Below, in pieces: positions 59,739 to 64,000 of a DNA stretch of 64,000 nt; position 1 is the stretch's first letter; each line of letters starts with the position of its first letter. Under the pieces are notes generated by a model, which was not told the DNA's origin, made no database searches, and saw only the letters and a program-made list of their open reading frames with translations. Source of the DNA: an uncultured Actinomycetes bacterium (lineage in GTDB: Bacteria; Actinomycetota; UBA4738; HRBIN12); contig CAVXYE010000018.1 in assembly GCA_963765865.1 (NCBI GenBank), forward strand, positions 458,476-522,475, given 5' to 3'. The translations under genes were made by a program, and so were the position numbers.

Positions 59739-60650
59739 CTACACGTCGAGGAAGCGGCGGATGCCGATCGTGCCCGCGACGATCGCGACGCCGGCGGCGG
59801 CGATCAGGATCCACGGCGTGATCGCCAGCACGTCGCCGTTGCGGATCAGGGGGAGCCAGACGATCCTTCCTCGCAGCTGGTCGACGACGAACACCTTCAC
59901 GAGGAACAACGTGATGATCGCGAGGGCGGCGCCGACGAGCGCCTCCACCAACCCTTCGATCAGGAACGGCACACGGATCCGCCAGTTCGTGGCGCCGACG
60001 AGTCGCATGATCCCGATCTCCTTGCGGCGCGCGAACATCCCCATGCGGAGCGTGTTGGCAACGAGAACGGTCGCGCTGACCAGCATGATCACCGCGATGA
60101 ACAGGACGCCGTTGCGGAGCACCCGGGTGATCGCCGAGAGCCGGTCAAGGATGTCGCGGAAGTCCAGGACCTTGAGGACACCGGGTTCCGTACAGGTGAT
60201 GTCGTGCGTCGTCGGATCAGGCTCACACGACAGCGCCGCGGTGATCTGGGCGTACTGCGCGGTGTCGGCCAGCGTCACGCGGAACGAGGCGGGATACACA
60301 TCGCACGGGACGTTCTCCGTGATCGCCGGGTTGCTCTCGAAGAGCTGTTTCGCTCGCGCACACGCTTCGTCCTTGTTCTCGTACTCCACCGACGCGACCG
60401 CGGGGAGCTGCTGGAGCTCGGACTGGATGCGCGTCACGGTGTCGGTCTTCACGGGGTCACTCAGGTAGACGGCGACCTGGACGTTCCCGGTCACGGCCTC
60501 GATCACCAGGTTGATCTCGCGCGCGATGATGAGCGCCAACCCGAACAGGAACAGGGCGATGAACGCGGTCGACATGGCCGCGAACGCCATGATCCCGTTC
60601 CGGCGGATCCCGGCCGCGGTCTCGCGGAAGTAGAACTCGATCCGTCGCAC
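59739..60650 (-). CDS. ftsX: cell division ABC-like permease FtsX
   Basis: N-terminal RETAAGIRRNGIMAFAAMST and 4 TM topology. Immediately downstream of ftsE. Confidence 0.85.
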   Translation of the reverse strand: MRRIEFYFRETAAGIRRNGIMAFAAMSTAFIALFLFGLALIIAREINLVIEAVTGNVQVAVYLSDPVKTDTVTRIQSELQQLPAVASVEYENKDEACARAKQLFESNPAITENVPCDVYPASFRVTLADTAQYAQITAALSCEPDPTTHDITCTEPGVLKVLDFRDILDRLSAITRVLRNGVLFIAVIMLVSATVLVANTLRMGMFARRKEIGIMRLVGATNWRIRVPFLIEGLVEALVGAALAIITLFLVKVFVVDQLRGRIVWLPLIRNGDVLAITPWILIAAAGVAIVAGTIGIRRFLDV

Positions 60651-60654
60651 AGCC

Positions 60655-61335
60655 CTAGGAGTACACCCCTCGTGACTGATCCCGGACGACCTTGCCCTTG
60701 TCGAGCTCGATCACGCGCTTGCGCATGGCGTCCACGATCGCCTGATCGTGGGTGGCCATGACCACCGTCGTCCCGATCTTGTTGACCTTGTCCAGGAGCC
60801 GCATGATGTCGACGCTCGTGTTCGGATCGAGGTTGCCCGTCGGCTCGTCGGCCAAGAGCACCAGCGGGCGGTTGACGCAAGCGCGCGCGATCGAGACGCG
60901 CTGCTGCTCGCCACCCGAGAGCTCATCCGGATAGTTGTTGAGCTTCTCCCCGAGGCCCACGTAGTCCAAGATCTCCGGCACCCGAGTGTCGATCACGTGC
61001 TTGGGCTTCCCGATCACTTCCAAGGCGAACGAGACGTTCTCGAAGACCGTCTTGTCCTGGAGCAGCTTGAAGTCCTGGAAGACGCAGCCGATGTTCCGCC
61101 GGAGCTTGGGGATCCCGCCGAGCGACGACAGCCGCACGACGTTCTTCCCCGCCACGAACACCTCGCCGGTGGACGGCTCTTCTTCGCGGAGGAGCAGACG
61201 GAGCGTCGTGGACTTGCCTGAGCCGGACGGACCCACGACGAAGACGAACTCGCCCTTCTCGATCTCGATCGAGACCGCTTCGAGGGCAGTGACGCCGTTC
61301 TTGTACGTCTTGGTGACGTTCTGGAGGCTGATCAT
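60655..61335 (-). CDS. ftsE: cell division ATP-binding protein FtsE
   Basis: Walker [10 protein letters not shown]. Signature LSGGEQQRV. Walker [12 protein letters not shown]. Confidence 0.9.
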   Translation of the reverse strand: MISLQNVTKTYKNGVTALEAVSIEIEKGEFVFVVGPSGSGKSTTLRLLLREEEPSTGEVFVAGKNVVRLSSLGGIPKLRRNIGCVFQDFKLLQDKTVFENVSFALEVIGKPKHVIDTRVPEILDYVGLGEKLNNYPDELSGGEQQRVSIARACVNRPLVLLADEPTGNLDPNTSVDIMRLLDKVNKIGTTVVMATHDQAIVDAMRKRVIELDKGKVVRDQSRGVYS

Positions 61336-61423
61336 GTTGTTGCGCAGCTGGGGAAGGGTGCGGGGTCGACCCACCCTATCAGAGGGTCGTCGCGCTTCTG
61401 TGGAGGTTCGGGGTCTATCCGCG

Positions 61424-62530
61424 TCATACCGAGGCGCGCCGCCGGAGCTCCGCTTCGATGAAGCGGTCGAGATCCCCTGCAAGCACCCGCTGAGGGTCCC
61501 CCACCTCGACATCGGTGCGGTGGTCCTTGACCATCTGATACGGAGCAAGCACGTACGACCGGATCTGGGACCCGAAATCGACGGCCTTCCGTTCGCCTCG
61601 GATCTCGTTCATCTGCTCCTCACGCTTGCGGCGCTCGAGGTCGGCCAGCCGAGCTTTCAGGATGCCCATCGCGGTGGCCTTGTTCTGGAGCTGGGAGCGT
61701 TCGTTCTGGCACGCGACCACGATGCCGGTCGGAAGGTGGGTGATCCGCACGGCCGAGTCGGTCGTGTTGACCCCCTGTCCGCCCGGGCCGCTGGAGCGAT
61801 ACACGTCGATACGAAGGTCCTGCTCGTCGATCTCGAACTCCTCGGCCTCCGACTCGTCCAACGCGGGGATCACGTCGAGCGACGCGAAGGACGTGTGACG
61901 CCGCTTCTGCGCATCGAACGGGCTGATCCGGACGAGCCGGTGGACGCCACGCTCGGCCGAGAGCAGCCCGTACGCGTTCGGCCCGTGCACGGTGAACGTG
62001 GCTGATTTGATCCCGGCTTCGTCGCCGTAATGCACCTCGTCGACCTCGACCTTGAAGCTCTCCTGCTCCGCCCACCGTGTGTACATCCGAAGGAGCATGT
62101 CGGCCCAATCCATCGACTCCGTCCCGCCGGCGCCCGCCTGGACCGTGGCGATCGCGTCGTGCGCGTCGTACGGACCGGACAGGAGCGCCGCGAGCTCCAC
62201 CTTCTCGAGGTCGACCTCGAGCGCGGCCATCGTCTGCCCGAGCTCGTGCTGAAGATCGAGGTCGGCCGACCCGCTCAAGAGCTCGTCGATCGCGGTGGCG
62301 TCACCGAGTCTGCGTTGCAAGGCATCGTAGCGGGCGACCTCGGCGGTCAGCCGCGCGAGCTTGGACGTGACCTGCTGCCCGTGGGCGGGATCGTCCCAGA
62401 GCGAGGGATCGGAAGCCTGCTGCTGCAGCTCGACCATCTGGGCGCGTTTCCCGTCGACGTCAAAGGAACCCCCTTGCCGCCTCGACGCGCTCGGCGATGG
62501 CCCGCAGCCGCTCGGTGTGCTCGCTCATGT
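61424..62530 (-). CDS. prfB: peptide chain release factor 2, with programmed +1 ribosomal frameshift at about 62462
   Basis: Frame-0 start [22 protein letters not shown] stops at CTT TGA C preceded by the SD-like AGGGGG. The +1 frame continues [25 protein letters not shown]... through SPF and GGQ motifs. Confidence 0.85.
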
Positions 62531-62564
62531 CGTTGCGAGTCTACGGGCCGTACGCTTCCCCGCC

Positions 62565-63026
62565 ATGCACGAGGCCGTCCGCGAACTCGAACCGCGGGAT
62601 GCTGGGGCGTGCGACGCGATCGTCGCCGGCTTGCCCGCGTGGTTCGGGAACGAGCAGGGCATCCGCGACTGCGCGCTCGCGGTCCGCTCGCAGACCGGTC
62701 TCGTCGCGACGGACGAGACCGGCGTCACGGGCTTCCTCACCTGGACGCATGACGGCGAGCGCGGCGTCGCGGAGATCACGTGGATGGCGGTCCGTGCGGA
62801 TCTCCGTCGCCGGGGCATCGGCCGCTCGCTCCTCGGCGCGCTCATCGACCGTCTGCAGGAGCAGCAGGTCCATCGGTTGGACGTGAAGACGCTCTCCGAG
62901 CGCGCCGCGTACGCGCCCTACGCGGAGACGCGAAGCTTCTATCGAGCCAACGGGTTCGAGTGGGTTGCCGAGCTGGACATCTGGGACGAGGACGACCCCG
63001 CTGTCCTGCTGAGCCGCTCGCTGTGA
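62565..63026 (+). CDS. GNAT family N-acetyltransferase
   Basis: About 153 aa. MAVRADLRRRGIGRSLLGALI acetyl-CoA motif. Start chosen at MHEAVREL to avoid overlapping the prfB start. Confidence 0.6.
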   Translation: MHEAVRELEPRDAGACDAIVAGLPAWFGNEQGIRDCALAVRSQTGLVATDETGVTGFLTWTHDGERGVAEITWMAVRADLRRRGIGRSLLGALIDRLQEQQVHRLDVKTLSERAAYAPYAETRSFYRANGFEWVAELDIWDEDDPAVLLSRSL

Positions 63027-63032
63027 CGGCGG

Positions 63033-64000
<968 letters not shown>

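Overview
This is a very GC-rich window in which third codon positions are almost always G or C. It is almost certainly actinobacterial chromosome, judged from the conserved prfB-ftsE-ftsX-smpB-ssrA-secA neighbourhood, an InhA-type FabI, Mec/CysO-type genes and frequent GTG/TTG starts with 4-nt overlaps. I call about 65 protein genes, one tmRNA (ssrA) and no tRNA, rRNA, CRISPR array or mobile element. All calls rest on reading the six-frame track plus local GC3 and RBS inspection; no database search was possible. Gene content by region: housekeeping genes (cysteine synthase-murI-MBL hydrolase-rph-rdgB, lon, fpg/nei, prfB with its programmed +1 frameshift, ftsEX, smpB, secA); the MoxR-DUF58-transglutaminase triad; several efflux systems (two ABC pairs, two MFS); an ECF sigma/anti-sigma pair next to a cupredoxin lipoprotein; a TetR-cupin pair; a flavoprotein-rich catabolic cluster (three CrtI-family oxidoreductases, a GcvT-like protein, an alkaline-phosphatase-family exoenzyme and heterotetrameric sarcosine oxidase soxDAGB). 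The most unusual locus is a tightly coupled fabI-selD-mec(JAMM)-moeB/thiF-cysO-like operon whose ubiquitin-like carrier has a 20-residue tail after the Gly-Gly end. A striking technical feature is that roughly 20 genes need one or more single-base frame changes to be read full length. These include the essential fabI and lon, which points to assembly indel errors rather than true pseudogenes.
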